Below, one piece after another: positions 36,965 to 50,950 of a stretch of DNA of 64,000 nt. Positions within the stretch are counted from its first letter, which is position 1; each line of letters begins with the position of its first letter. Under the pieces are notes generated by a model. It had not been told where the DNA came from and made no database searches. It worked only from the letters and a program-made list of their open reading frames with translations. The translations under genes were made by a program, and so were the position numbers. This stretch comes from Octopus bimaculoides (taxonomy: Eukaryota), in contig NC_068998.1 in assembly GCF_001194135.2 (NCBI RefSeq), positions 3,761,057 to 3,825,056 of the forward strand. The letters run 5' to 3'.

Positions 36965-39208
36965 CTATGATGAAAAAACATCCCACCACGACCATCCTGT
37001 CTATATTTCAAATATCAAAAACTTTATATAATTTAGCCTTTCCTTTCTAAGACCTTACGTTGTGGTTTGAGAAAATTTAGCTTTTATTTCTAGCAGGTCA
37101 TATGACCGTTTTATTTCTATCAGGTCATATGTCCGTTTAGTGGGTTCCTCATTCACTAGTTTTACTGATGATGATAATGCTTATTTCCGGTTCAGCCCAG
37201 TTGATGCAGACATATGTTCAAAGATATTCCAGTTACAAAATATCGCCTTTTTCTGACTGTGTATTTTGGACAATATTATTCAATGCGTCCATTTAGTTTT
37301 CAAGATAGCAGAATGTAATTTTAGTGAGACCTGGCCATTATTTCTTGCGTGTCAATTGACTGTATAGGGTTTTCTTGTTGGTTCCTGAAGCTCCTCCTTC
37401 CTTAAATAGATATCAATGTTGCTGGCTAAGTTCAGTACGAAGTAAATTACGTTTTTAGTGTAAATACTATGATTAGAACTGGAGTAACATCTTCAAATTA
37501 TTTCGTGTCCTTTGTAGCCATAACAACGTGGAATGGGCAATCGCTTTCCGGATTAAAAGTTTGTCTCGCAGACTCCACTGTGAGAAAATATCTTTTACTA
37601 TAGTCTTGCGTCGATCAAAGTCTTGTGAATGAAACTGGATAGATGGAAACTTCGCATGCATTCTATCTGTGTAAACTGTGGCGCTTTCCTAACGAAAGAT
37701 ACCAGCTTTTCTCGGCGCTGAAATCATAATGGCCCTGGATAAGAGTTGGCTGATGAAATGGGATTACTCATGTCTGTTCATTGTCGTACATGCTCTTCAG
37801 TATTTTGATTTTCATTTCTAGCGTACACAGTATAAGTATGCAAAGCCACGAGGATTAAAATAATGCTGTGTAGATATATTTTTAACACTTTCTGCACACT
37901 AAAACTTGAACGGTATTCAGAGAATTTTGTCTCGAAAATCAAATTTCTCCCTTAAGGTGTTTTGTGAATTGATACACCAGGCTCCAAACTCCGAGTGAGA
38001 CGGTGTTTCAACTTCATTTTGCCTCCTCAGTGATAAATACTATCTCGATCATTTGGAACCATACACGAACCTATGAAAGAACAAACACACTCTACATCAC
38101 ACAAATACACACACACATATTCACACACACGCACACACACACTTTTTGTGTCTAGGTTTTCTGTAATAGAGAAATGGAGGACGCTACACTAAGCAACAAT
38201 AAAACAAACACATAATTCACATCTCTAGTTGAGATTGGTCCGATTCTTTACTGCTGAAATCTCATGCCTATGTGTATCCCACCCTCACGGTCACCCAGGT
38301 TCCATATGTTGATAACTGAATGCAAAACGGTTTAACATTTGAGTTTAGAGACTTTGTATAGTTATGATAATAATTCACCACTGTGCACCTTGTCTTCATA
38401 ACTCCATAGCAGTCCGTTCTCTTCTTTAGCCCCAGATCAGCCACAATCGAACAGATTTATAAAATAAATGAGGGCGTGACTGTGTGGTAAGAAGCTTTCA
38501 TCCCAACCTCATGGTTCTGGGATCAGTTCCAATATGGGGCATCTTGGCAAGTGTCTTCTACTTGGACCGCAGTCTAATAACTGAAACAAGTAAAAGAGAT
38601 GTGTTGCTTTTGTGATCGCATCGACATATATTCAGACACAGTGTACCTACGATTTGGTAGCGGGAGGAGGTTTTGCTGTTATTTCTAGCAGGTGGAATTA
38701 CCATGTAGAGGTTCCTTCCCTACACAGATGAAATTTTGTCAGGTAGGTGAAATTTCACAAGGTGAGTAATATTATTTTCAATTATTTCATGGATCCTTGC
38801 AATAAAAAAAGGAAATGTACCATTTTTTTCATCCTCCGTCGAACTTCCAAAATCAGGTTGAACACGAAATATAAACGAATTTGGAACACGAGATTTCCAG
38901 ACCAACTGTTGAACAGTTGATAATATTTTATATATTTTTATGTCGTTGGGTTATTACCGTAAACTTAGTCATCGGATAGTCTGGGGAGGTGGAAAGGATG
39001 ACAACGTGGTTCGTTGCATTGAAATAGTTTTACGAACATAGAAGTGTGAATGAAATGAAGTGGGTTGTGTCCAGAATCGAACCGCTATCGTTGACTTGGT
39101 ACCGTTTATGGTTGACCTAATATGCATTGTTGTTGATGTTGTTCCTAATTGCGTGATAAATGCTTTGAACTGGTTAGCAGTCAAAGACCAGTTAATGTAA
39201 GATAGTAA

Positions 39209-39330
39209 TAAGGCAGCGAACCGGAAGAATCGCCAGCACCATGAGCAAAATGCTTAGCGGCATTTCGTCTATTTTCCTGCCCTGAGTTTAAATTCCGCCG
39301 TGGTGGACTTAGCCTTTTACCCTTTCAGGT
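39209..39330 (+). mobile_element. SINE family A head
   Basis: aaggcagcgaaccggaagaatcgccagc...ctgagtttaaattccgccgtggtggacttagcc. Confidence 0.75.
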
Positions 39331-39379
39331 GTAATAAAATAAATGAGCGTTGCGATTCTTTTTCTAAGTCGTAATAGTC

Positions 39380-39547
39380 GCAGGCGTCGCTGTGGAGTTA
39401 ACAAGCTCACATTGCAACCACGTAGTTTTGAGTTCAGCAGTCCCGCTGTGCGGTACCTTGGTCAAAGGTATCCTACTATAGATCCGGGCTGAACAATGCT
39501 TTTTGAGTGAATTTGCTAGACGGAAACTCCGAAGAAACTCGTGATAG

Positions 39548-39629
<82 letters not shown>

Positions 39630-39830
39630 TCCTCACACCACTTTGCAACCCGTGTTGGTTTGCATACATCCTCGTAGCTTAGTGGCTCGGCAAAATGAAC
39701 GATAGAATAAATACAAGACCTTAGAACATAAGTACCGGGGGTCGATCTGTTCGACTAAAAGCTCTTCAAGATAAGTGCTCCAGCATGACCGCAGTCCTAT
39801 GAGAGAAACAAGTACAAAGTAAAAGATGAA
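39380..39830 (+). mobile_element. SINE family B, full length, diverged
   Basis: Head gtcgcaggcgtcgctgtggag, CORE-like accttggtcaaaggtatcctactatag, (TG)n, tail gtgctccagcatgaccgcagtc. Confidence 0.8.
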
Positions 39831-42109
39831 CGATAAAAAGAGATTACGAACTGATTGCGCAATCGTAAAGCATAATTTAACTGTAGAAATAAAACAATGA
39901 AAAAACACACAACAAAGCAAGAAAAAAGACGCCATATTTTGTTTAAGAACTGAAAATACTTAAATTTTTTTTTCATTTTCATTTCTTTCTTGAATAACTC
40001 CTTAAAAGCACAAAAACAAACTGCGTGGCATGTTTTTTCCTTCGTGTATTTTGTAATTTTCTTTTTCTTCCTCAAATATTTTCTGCTCTGCCCACAGTAT
40101 TTGCACATGCATCATCTCAACGACTCTTCATTTCACACCAGATAGGTTTTCTTTCGGCTTACTGCTGTCATTTTCTCGTTGCCATAATGTCATATATCCA
40201 ACAAATAAAAAGTCAAGAAGAGTTGAACAGCTTTTTCAGTTAACGACCTATTGCCATATGACATAGTGACCTTATACCTCAAGCTACTCAATTTTCTCAA
40301 CTTCGAAAAGAAAAAAAAAAGACAAACAAATGTAAAAGAAACCTTTTTTCAACTCTCGTTTCATTCGACACCTTTTCGTGACATTTGAAAGCAAATGTGC
40401 ACCGCTGTGTGTGTGTGTGGAGAGAGTGAGAAATGAGCCTCGTGTTGGGGGAAGATAAACTCGACTACGTATACGCACGTGCACACAGATCCATAAGCCC
40501 CCCCCCCACACACACACACTATATATATATATATATATATATTCACACGTCTTATTGGGATAGGATCAATTGCAATAGATGTGTTAGGTCTTGGATTATT
40601 TTGAGAATTGGAACCCCACCCCAGCCCACCTCCAGCATACACAAAACAACTTCTACTTGATTTCTTTTAAATAACATTTCTTTCTAACTGTCAAATGATA
40701 ATGCAATTGTCTATAATTAACTGTAAATCGAGATTAACCATGTATTATGTAACAAATCGTAAGCAATTATTTTCGTTGTTGTTTGTAAGACGAAATGGAG
40801 TGATGATATCAAAATTAATTGCATTGAAAAACAAACAAGGATTTCTTGCATAACACAAATTTTGAGACATTCATAAAAAGAAAAGAAAACCGTTTGGAAA
40901 TGTAGGACAAGTCACCCCTGGAAATTTTTTGATAATTTGTTTACTCGATCCAAATGCCTCTCAAACAACTACTTACTATAAAAAGGGCTCCTTTGTTAAT
41001 GTAGTTCTAGATACACAACGTTTGGAAATGAATCACTGAGGATAGTCATTATTGGAAAGTCTTTGATAGTAAATTCAATCAAGCCATAAAACTTTCGTAT
41101 AACAACTTTCTGATTTAAATAAGTAAAAATAGTTTCTTGTTGAAAGTGGTTTTAGATACACAACGTTTGGAAATGAATCTATGGTGATGTTCTTTGGTCA
41201 AGCATGAACTCTACTAAGATTTTGCGGTATTCATGCTTTTGCCAAGTTAAAAACGATTTAAGTGAAATACAATAGAATCATCCGGTAATCGAAGAATAAC
41301 GTTGGTTATTGGTTTTAAAGCAAAGCGCAATCAATATGTGGGACTTGAACTGTACAGCTGTTTCGATGAACCTGATATTTTGGTCCACATTTATTCTGAC
41401 TGTACGATTATAATGAGCTTTTCTTTATCAAAAGCTTATATGTAAATATTGACGTTGCTGTTACTTTCTTTCTTTGGTTCTGGAAATATTGCTAATGGTG
41501 TCCCTTTATTCGCCTACAAAATAAATAAATAAATAAACTAAAATGTAAGTTAGGGTGATTCATTTGTACCCAGCTTGCTTCGACACAAATTTTTTTTCTT
41601 TTGTCCCGAATGGATTGTCAGACGGAATATTTTAATGTAGAGGGTTTCATAATGAGAAAACGACAGACCATCGCAGCGATGATGAAGTAAAAAATAACAA
41701 ATCAACAACAACTGCAACGATAATCGTATATGCTTTTTTTTTTAACCAATCGGCATTGTTAAATAACCATATGGTGCATTCGATAGATATATTTTATTCT
41801 GGTGTACCGTTGAATGGGCGGGATGTGATAAAGGATATTTTTGTGGTTGCGAAGATAGATTCTATCAGATTAAGTCGAAGTGCTAAGTAATAATAATGAT
41901 AATAATAATAGCGAAGGGTCAGGCTGGAAGTACTCCATCAAAACTCTGGGAAGGAAGATTCGCGAGAAATTGAGAATAATGTCAAAATAAAGAAATATAA
42001 TAAAAACCAAAAACACTTTCCATTCATGTTGTCCGTCTGTGTGAAAGGGGAAAAAAACTGACCAGAGGGAAGTGTGTTCCGTTTATCAAAGCCACTAATT
42101 TTTCTGTGG

Positions 42110-42144
<35 letters not shown>

Positions 42145-42145
<1 letters not shown>

Positions 42146-42310
42146 GCGACTGGGAAGAATCGTTAGCACACTTAACTTTGGCTTTCATCCTCCCGGGGTC
42201 GATGAAGTAAGCACCAGTCGAACACTGGGGTCGATGCAATCGACTAATCCCTCCCCTCAAAATTCCAGGCCTTGTGACAATAGTAAAAAAGCATTATTAT
42301 TATTATTAGT
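42145..42310 (+). mobile_element. SINE family A with internal deletion and (ATT)/(AGT) tail
   Basis: The head gaagaatcgttagcac joins directly to aactttggctttcatcc, so the B-box region is missing. Confidence 0.75.
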
Positions 42311-42639
42311 AGTAGTAGTAGTAGTAGTAGTGACAGCAGCAACAACAACAACACGAATTAACGGATTCGTTAGTGTTGGGCATAATAACATTCTCTGTTT
42401 TTCTCGGCTCTTTAATTTCTGAATTCATTTTCTACCTTCCAGGGTCGATAAAATAAAGTACCACTCAAGTACTAGTGTCGTAAAATTGTTTATATTGCAA
42501 GATGGCTGCTTTAAAATGACTAGTAGAGGTGCTCATCACGGTCGTGGTTTATATCACCCATAAACTATTAACTGAGCTTTCCAAAATATTTCGACAGTTA
42601 CACGTGTACAGTACAGGACAAAAAATAAATTGAAAAGGA

Positions 42640-43080
42640 AAATAATTTATCATGAGAAACATTTGCTAAAAGCAAAAAAGGTAGCAACTTGATTTGAACC
42701 AACTAAAGAAATAAAAAGCAGGGGATTGGAAGAAGTACGTTACAAAAGCCAGTACTTCTTTGCCCGATGAATTTACCAAGGAAATAGCAAAAAGGGAGAT
42801 GACTTAGCTCTGGTTTTCAGACTGAAGGTTTTGCCATGTTGACTCAAAGGAAAACCAGACGTCCTGTCAGATGAGTGGTAGAAGGTGTGTTGCATCAACT
42901 AATATAGGATATATGGAAATATGGCACGCAGAACTTGAGCATCACATGCATTTTCAGAATAGATGTTGCAGCATATGGGTGTAGGAAATATATAGACCAT
43001 GCTCAGAGGCATTGATAAGAACTTTGCAAAAATATTTAGGCAATTACATATACACTTGTACAGTGCAGGATAAAAAACAA
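42640..43080 (+). mobile_element. Highly decayed RLE/R4-type LINE fragment (region upstream of the endonuclease)
   Basis: The frame R*LSSGFQTEGFAML...GCRKYIDHAQRH weakly resembles WLRSSGLKAETEGF.IAAQ...C..LA..EY..RH. Confidence 0.35.
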
Positions 43081-43397
43081 ATTGGACAGATGAATAATTT
43101 ATTATGGAAAATAATTACTAAAGATGGTTCCCCAACATGGCTACAGTCTAATGTCTAAAACAAGATAAGAAAAAAAGGAACAAAGGTAGGGAAATAAGGG
43201 AGCAACTCGATTTGAGTCAACTACGTGGTTTTGAGTTTAGTTCCATGACAGGGAACCTTGAGCAAGTGAAGTGTCTTCTGCTATAGCTCAGAGCTGACCA
43301 CTAATTTGTGAATGAATTTGGCGAACGGAAACTGCGGAAGCCTGTTCTACATGCAAAATATATTTTCGTGTGGCATCGAGTTTTTGTTTGTTTCTCA

Positions 43398-43447
<50 letters not shown>

Positions 43448-43508
43448 CATGTACTCGTACTTCGTACTTTTTTGTTGTACACGTTCCATGACGTCCTGTG
43501 GCCACATA

Positions 43509-43552
<44 letters not shown>

Positions 43553-44468
43553 TTCTTCGGTTGCAATTTTTGTGGTGACCGTTTAAAAGCAAAACATCGT
43601 TATAAATACATTTTTCTTTTTAAAGACTTGAATGATATCTTGAAACCCCAAACCGCATCGCCACCACGACGACCACAACGACCACCAATAATAATAATGT
43701 TTGTTTATTTTTTTCTTGTTTTACAAAACCTACTTAAAGAAATTTCCACAAATAAATACAAACTAATCTCAATAATACACACACACACACATACATATAC
43801 ACACTTATATATACATACATGTATTCAAAGAACTGTTACATAAATCTTTACTTGCATACAGTGACAATCACATACATAAATATACGCACAATTGTAGAAA
43901 ATTTCGCCAAGTTTCAAACAGTGTTGCGTGGGGTGGGCTCTAGTGGGAGAGAAAAGCTCGATCGTTTTAAGATAACTTTTATTTCTACAATGTCTTGTTC
44001 CTGTAAGCAAGCAGTTGACAATTCTAGGGGAGCCAAAACAAGCCTATTCAGAATAGATATTCTACAATGACTAATTATCCATTGTGGACATGTTTTAATG
44101 CTGTCATGAGGTTTTTAGACAAACTATTGTGAAGACAATTGATCGGAGAAGAGAAAAGAGGCAAATAACCTCCCGAAAACACAAAAAACCTCGATGACAA
44201 CATCACCCCTGTTTAGCCACCCTTGCTCCTTCCATCCTTCTGGCTCGAAATTAATGATGGATGACTCTGATGTTTTGTGCGTGTGTGTGTGTGTGGTTCA
44301 TTTGTTGCAAAATGGGCACTGCTCTCTGGTCGGTGATGGTGCCATTTCTCATATCAGCTGGTGTCTCAGTCTTCAAACGCGTTCTATTCTATATTTCTAT
44401 ATTCTCCTCTCGCTGCTAAATACCCAGTATTTAATTTTATATTATATATTTCTTACAACACACGCACG

Positions 44469-44513
<45 letters not shown>

Positions 44514-45004
44514 NNNNNNNNNNNNNNNNNNNNNNNNNNNNNNNNNNNNNNNNNNNNNNNNNNNNNNNNNNNNNNNNNNNNNNNNNNNNNNNNNNNNNNN
44601 NNNNNNNNNNNNNNNNNNNNNNNNNNNNTGTATATGGGGAGGGCTTCTGTCTTTAAGTATTTCCGTGTTAACTTGTTTACATGTGGTTTTTTCTTAATGC
44701 TATTGAAGTTGTGAAAACATACAAGAAAAATAATACAAACAAACACAATAAAAACAAACAAAATGTAAATTAATGATGATTAATCGCTTGGCTATTAATT
44801 AAGAATTTAACAATTATTTTTTTTCTCTTTGCTTATTCAATTTTATATGTTTATTTGTTTTATTTCAACCTTCTTCTTCTTCTTCTTCTTCCAACGCTAA
44901 GGAGACCTTTTAACACTGTGGAGCTAGCTATAATATTTTTTTTCTTTTTGTCTGTGTCTCTTCCCCTCTCTCTCTATGTACATATGTGTGTGTGCGTATG
45001 CGTG

Positions 45005-45088
<84 letters not shown>

Positions 45089-45192
45089 NNNNNNNNNNNN
45101 NNNNNNNNNNNNNNNNNNNNNNNNNNNNNNNNNNNNNNNNNNNNNNNNNNNNNNNNNNNNNNNNNNNNNNNNNNNNNNNNNNNNNNNNNNNN

Positions 45193-45232
<40 letters not shown>

Positions 45233-46070
45233 TATGCATTTATGTACATGTTTGTATACATACATACATACATACATACATAGGCTTTTTGAATGTGTTA
45301 CAAACTCAAAATCACTCTGTCAGGTATCACAGAATAATTGAATATAAAATGAACTCCTTCTGTTGTTCGCATATTCCGCCCAACTCAAACTCGGAAATTT
45401 AATCCAAGTGTTTATATTTTTTAACATTTTCTCTCCCCTTTTTCTCTCCCACCACAAATGTATTTGTTATTATTATTATTATTATCATTATTATTATTAT
45501 TATTACTATTATTATTATTATTATTGTTCTTGTAATGACAGTAAGTTTCACCTGTCTTCTGTCCGCAAACCCTTCAATGAAAAACAAAATAGTGAATTTT
45601 GAGACGCCTGTGGATGTGTTTGTAGGTTTATTGACGTCTGTGGACATGTTCCCCCGCTGTGAGATATTTTTTAAAGAAATTTTAGTTAATGTCTTTCCGC
45701 AACAGTCCACGTGATAATTCTAGCCTCTTGTGCGATTTTGATTCGACGGAAACTGTGTGGAATCCCTTTGATTGAATAGCATTAAGTGACACGAAATGAC
45801 ATGATGGTTCATCATATTTGCCAAACACTGCTTAAATACGCATGCGCGCGCGCGTACTCTTTGATAAAGAAAACTACTTTTAATTAAATATTCAAGGCAT
45901 GCTATGGTGCAGAATTTATCATACATAATATATTTTGTCTCTCATCTTTCTATCTATCTGTCTGTGTGTCGGTCTGTCTGTCAGTTCTTATCTTTGTGTC
46001 TCTGTTTTTTAGTTTTGTGGTTTAAATCTTTTATTTCTGCTTCTGATTTGCGGTTTGTGCCTGTGTATAC

Positions 46071-46241
46071 CTCTTCCAAACGATACTATGTTTTCGTCCT
46101 TGGTGAAAATCTTCTTCTTTTTCGGTTCCTTAACTTCTGCTGCTTTTTTCAGTAGTGGTGACTTTGGGGTGGGGCTTGTTGTGTTCTTAATGGCTTTCTT
46201 GGCATCTTTCCTCATATCATAAACCTGATCCATCTGGACCT
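46071..46241 (-). CDS. Candidate coding exon (171 bp, phase 1-1) of an unidentified minus-strand gene: (E)VQMDQVYDMRKDAKKAIKNTTSPTPKSPLLKKAAEVKEPKKKKIFTKDENIVSFGR; may contain the start ATG at 46233
   Basis: Acceptor ttctatttcatctggtgttccacag| and donor AGAG|gtatac. Only one frame is open, the length is a multiple of 3, and the sequence is non-repetitive with protein-like composition. It overlaps supplied ORF 46009..46233. Confidence 0.55.
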
Positions 46242-46644
46242 CTGTGGAACACCAGATGAAATAGAATAAGTAGAAAAATTATGGCTATTTAAAACAAATG
46301 CTGCGCTCATACAGGAAAACAATACAAGGATCCTAAGGATTTTTTCAGATATTAAGTTTTTGAAGGAAACCCGCATGCCAAACCCTTTATAATGTTTTTG
46401 ATATCTTTAAAGGTCAACAATATTTGCTTTAGCACGATTATTTAAAGCACAGTAAATCACTCACTTATCACAGGAAGTTCAGAAATGTAGCAAAAAGCAC
46501 AAAAACCGTAACTTTAGTAAGTTTCATATACTGAGATTAAGTGTTTGCAAGAATGTTCGTGCATAATTTCCTAACTGAGGAGTGAAGACATGCAATATTT
46601 TCTAGTGTGGAAATCAACGTTTTCAAACCAAAATTTCAAAATTT

Positions 46645-46682
<38 letters not shown>

Positions 46683-48084
46683 AGGTAGGTCGACTTATAC
46701 ACCAAGATAACTTTGGAAGATTAAAAAGGGTCTGTGAAATGCAGTAGAATTTGAAAAGATAGTGATGGTGTTTGAAGATTTACACTACATGTTTGCACCA
46801 CGTCGACTTGTATGTCGGAAAATACGGTAGCTTTTTTTATTTTTAAAGCTGTTCCGACGATAGATACGGGGAAATGGTTTCTAAGAGCAGTAGCAGAAAT
46901 ACAGGCAAGGGAAAACCAGGAAGAGAAATGTCGCATACGATCAGTGAAAGGAATGTTTTTGAAAATAAAAGTGATACGTGTTTGGCTTTGGGTCCGACCG
47001 AGATAACAGGTTTTAACTTACACTTAAAGGGAAAAATTGTTTGAGTAAGAAATGTATGAGAGATATCGATCATTTTAGATACTGAATGATTGGTTGTTAT
47101 GTGGCGGTTCGAATCCTCTGCAAATTTGTGACGGAGATCACGAGAAAAAATGTTTACAAACATCATGTAGAAGATAGCAATATTTCTAAGGAGTTATAAT
47201 GGATTGAGGTCTAAGAGCCATTGCAACAGGAACTATTTTGCAAAGAGTGTTAATAGAATAAACAAATGAGTCTATTTTAGAACCATTAAATGAAGACTTT
47301 AAAATTTTCTCTCAGGTTTATGGCGATTTAATACGATTTACCTATCGAATGGTGACACGTAATGCTCTAAAATTACAGACTGATGAATTTCTGAGTGATG
47401 GAGGGGCCCAAATATAATCTCGCCTGTACAGTCTGTGGTTGCATTATACTTTCAAAAGCCGGTTATATCATTCATGAAATGTCACATACTCCCAAGTCAG
47501 CTTGTGTTGACATACGCATGATCGAAAACATTCCAGATTTGACTATACCATCTAGTTTTTTTTTTTTACAATAATTCTGTGTTCTGGGTTACATTATTCC
47601 ATTGCACCGTTCATGTTAAATATCTTTCAAAAAACAACAGGCTGTGATTTGAGGGAGGCTGAGTGATTTTTTTCTGGGGTTCTTGTTGATTGTATAGGAA
47701 CCAGGGACCAGGACCCTGATTGTAGTTTGCATAGTGACCAATCCCCAGATAGCTACACTGTTGGCGGGGACTTGGTTACTACTGTTGTTGTTGTTAGCCC
47801 TAGACTAATGATTGCCAGGCATTCCAAGCACGATTATCTTATCTTTTTGTATCGACATTTTCCATTGTGCACGACCACCACTTTTTAAAGATGATTAACT
47901 GTGTAAACCAAGCGAGTTTTTGTCCGCTATTTATCGCAAGTTGATCGACTATATCAGGCATTCATACTCAAATATAAAAACCGTTCACTGAAGAAGTATA
48001 TAAAACCCTATATGAAATAAATAAAATCAAAACTCCACCACTTAACCAGTTTAATTAAAATATTAATTTAATCTAAGTTCCATT

Positions 48085-48805
48085 TAGGTGCAAGCATGGC
48101 CGTCTGATTAAGAAGGTTGCTTTGAAACCACACGGCTTCAGGTTCAGATCCACTGCGCGGCACACTTGCGCAAGTGTCTTCTGCTGTACCTTTGTGCTTG
48201 AAAAATGACTTGTGAGTGAATTTGGTGGACGGAAACTGTGTAGAAGCCTGTATATGTGTGTGTGTGGGTGTGTGCGTTTGATCTCTCCCACCCCGCTTGT
48301 TACCCATTGTCTACTTCTGAATAAGCTATCTACATATGAAAAAAATCTTGAAGTACTACTAAAAACACAATGCAAAACAATATTTGAAACAATAGCAACA
48401 CAAAAGATAGGCTGGGGCAGGGGTCCCCAACAACCTGACCACCGACCAGCACGGGACGGCACTGAAGGAAGGAATGTTCAAATTTTATTCCTGTTTAAAT
48501 GACATTTGCAGCCTGCAGGAATTTCTGCATTGTGTATGCAATATGTTCTTTTTATTCTTTTACTTGTTTCAGTCATTTAACTGTGGTCATGCTGGAGCAC
48601 CATCTTTAAGCTCCTTTATTTCAGTCGAACAAGTTGACTCCAGGTCTGTTTTTCAGACCTGGAGGTCTGTTTTTTATGTTACTTGTCTTGTTTTCCATTC
48701 GTTTCTCTCGTTCTTTGCGTACCCAAAGTTATTTTCGTATTTCATGTTGTTTACATTTTGTGACTCCTGTACCCATATATGCATACCTAGATATGTGTAT
48801 ATGTA

Positions 48806-48841
<36 letters not shown>

Positions 48842-49205
48842 CGCAGCTGTGTGGTAAGAAGTTTCCTTCTTAACCACATGGTTCCGTGTTCAGTCCCACT
48901 GAGTGGTACCTTGAGTAAGTGTCTTCTATTATAACTTAAGGCTAACCAATGTCTTGTGAGTGGATTAGGTAGACGGAAATTGAAAAAAGAAGCCCGTCGT
49001 ATATGTGTGTGTGTTTGTGTCAGTCCCACGGCTTGACAACCGATGTTGGTGTATTTATGTCTCCGTAACTTAGAGGTTCGGCCAAAGAAATCGATAGAAT
49101 AAGTCCGAGACCTAAGAGAAATCCTGAGGTCGATTTATTCGGCTAAAACCCTTCAAAGAAGTGCCACAGCATGGTCGCAGTTCAATGTCTGAAGTAAAAT
49201 AGAAG
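48085..49205. mobile_element. Cluster of three SINE family B pieces (48085-48290 +, 48545-48680 -, 48836-49205 +)
   Basis: Shared head/CORE motifs and shared tail motifs as in the 9583-9961 copy. Further fragments lie at about 5410-5510, 38470-38598, 43195-43350 and 55990-56210. Confidence 0.8.
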
Positions 49206-49249
49206 ATAACAATGATTTTGTAAACTTTAGAGATTCTTTATCGACTCAT

Positions 49250-49587
49250 TACGTTCAGTATTCAAATTCCACCGTGATCGACCTTGCCTTTCGTCCTATC
49301 GAGATCGATGAAATTAGCTAGCCCCCCCAACCCCCACTCTACTAAAATTTCCGGCTTTGTGCCTATAGTAGAAAGGACTAAATTCATTAGAATAGTTTGC
49401 AGGCCGGTCAAAATGCTTAGTGGCATTTCGTCCGTCTTTACGTTCTGAGTTCAAATTCCGCCGAGGTCGACTTTGCCTTTCATTAAATGGGATCGATAAA
49501 ATAAATACCAGTTGAACAATGGGATCGATTTAATCAACTAACCAGCATCTCTAAAAAATTTCAGGCCTTGTGTCTATTGTAGATAAG

Positions 49588-49624
<37 letters not shown>
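49250..49624 (+). mobile_element. Two tandem SINE family A copies plus (ATT)n tail
   Basis: Copies at about 49250-49380 and 49400-49590, followed by (ATT)n. Confidence 0.8.
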
Positions 49625-49627
<3 letters not shown>

Positions 49628-50569
49628 GCAGCACAGATGCGCCCCTACAGGTTTTTATGCACTTGTAAATCGTCAAAACGCCCCAGGTATACTTACACGA
49701 AAAAAGGGGAAAAAGAAAGGGAAAAGGAAAACGAGTTCATCACCCTCCCGCGCCACCCCCACCGGCATTTAGAAGGCTCCCTTTCGCTGGTTCCATCTTA
49801 AACAGTGAATGTGAAATATAAGGGCGGCGCTGGTGGCGAGTGGTTTGTTGTTGCTTTCAGTGATTGAGACGACAATTGTTGAGAAAAATCACTTCAGCTT
49901 GTCTTTTCTCCTTTAACTTAAGACATAACAAAAGTCTCGGGGTTAGGTTTTGAATAAGGAGAAAGAAAAGGAGGGAAGAAGAGCAAGTTAGAAAGAGGAA
50001 GAGTGAGAGGGTGAGAGAGTAAGTAAGTGAGAGGCACGATCCCCGTATATTTAATACAATTCCACACTGACTGTACAACAAGCAGTCTTCTCTCACTCCA
50101 TCACCCGCTTTGCTTACTTCTTATCTTTCGTGCTACCTCTCCCTCACCCACCTGCTTGCTTCCTCTCTTTCTCTCCCTCCCTCTCTCACTCTATCCCATC
50201 TCCTACTCGCCCTCTCCATCTCCTACTCTCTCTTCATCTCCTTCTCGCTCTCCATCTCTCTCCAGACCTGAATGACAAGGCAGGAGATATTTTTGTTAAA
50301 ATGTCTCTAAAAATTTCGTACATAACAACGAAAGGAGATTATGTGACGTTCATGCACCTTTGCTGCTGCTGTCGCTCATTCTTCTGTCTATTTTTAAGAC
50401 AGTAAAAGGTAATTTGAGGGGGATTTAATTACTATTTCTTGCAGGTTGAGCGATCATGTGGAGACTCTCATCATCATTATTATTTGATGGAAAGTGTCGC
50501 AGACTAAGGTGACACTTGTTTACTGATCATGCTTCAAGAACCCTACGGAGAAAGGATGACAGACAAAGC

Positions 50570-50891
50570 CGAGGTCTACTTTGCCTTTCATCCTTTCGGG
50601 GTCGATAAATTAAGTACCAGTGAAACACTGGGGGTCGATTTAATCGACTAGTCCCCTTCCCCAAAATTTCAGGCCTTGAGCCTTTAACACAAATTCATAA
50701 AAAATATTTATTAGCACGCCGGGCAAAATGCTTAACGGTATTTCGTCTGTCTTTATGTTCTGAGTTCAAATTCCACCGAGGTCGACTTTGCTTTTCATCT
50801 TTTAGGGTCGATGAAAAGGTACCAGCTGAATACTAGGGACCGTGTAATAGACTACCCGCCAGTTTCAAGCCTTGTGCCTTTAGTAGAAAGG

Positions 50892-50941
<50 letters not shown>

Positions 50942-50950
50942 CATTATTAT
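50570..50950 (+). mobile_element. Two tandem SINE family A copies plus (ATT)n tail
   Basis: Copies at about 50570-50700 and 50710-50890, followed by a long (ATT)n tract. Confidence 0.85.

Noticed and set aside
37200-37860. Possible decayed LINE ORF1 zinc knuckle (PIPRCYGYKGHEII*RC) on the minus strand
   Set aside because: The similarity rests on one short motif amid many stops.
38053-38070. Acceptor followed by VRVWFQ, resembling homeodomain helix 3
   Set aside because: The invariant Asn51 is absent (VRVWFQMIE), a stop follows soon after, and no upstream helices were found.
49817-49861. TATA (tataag) plus Inr-like TCAGT on the plus strand
   Set aside because: The spacing is about 42 bp, well outside the canonical 28-33 bp.
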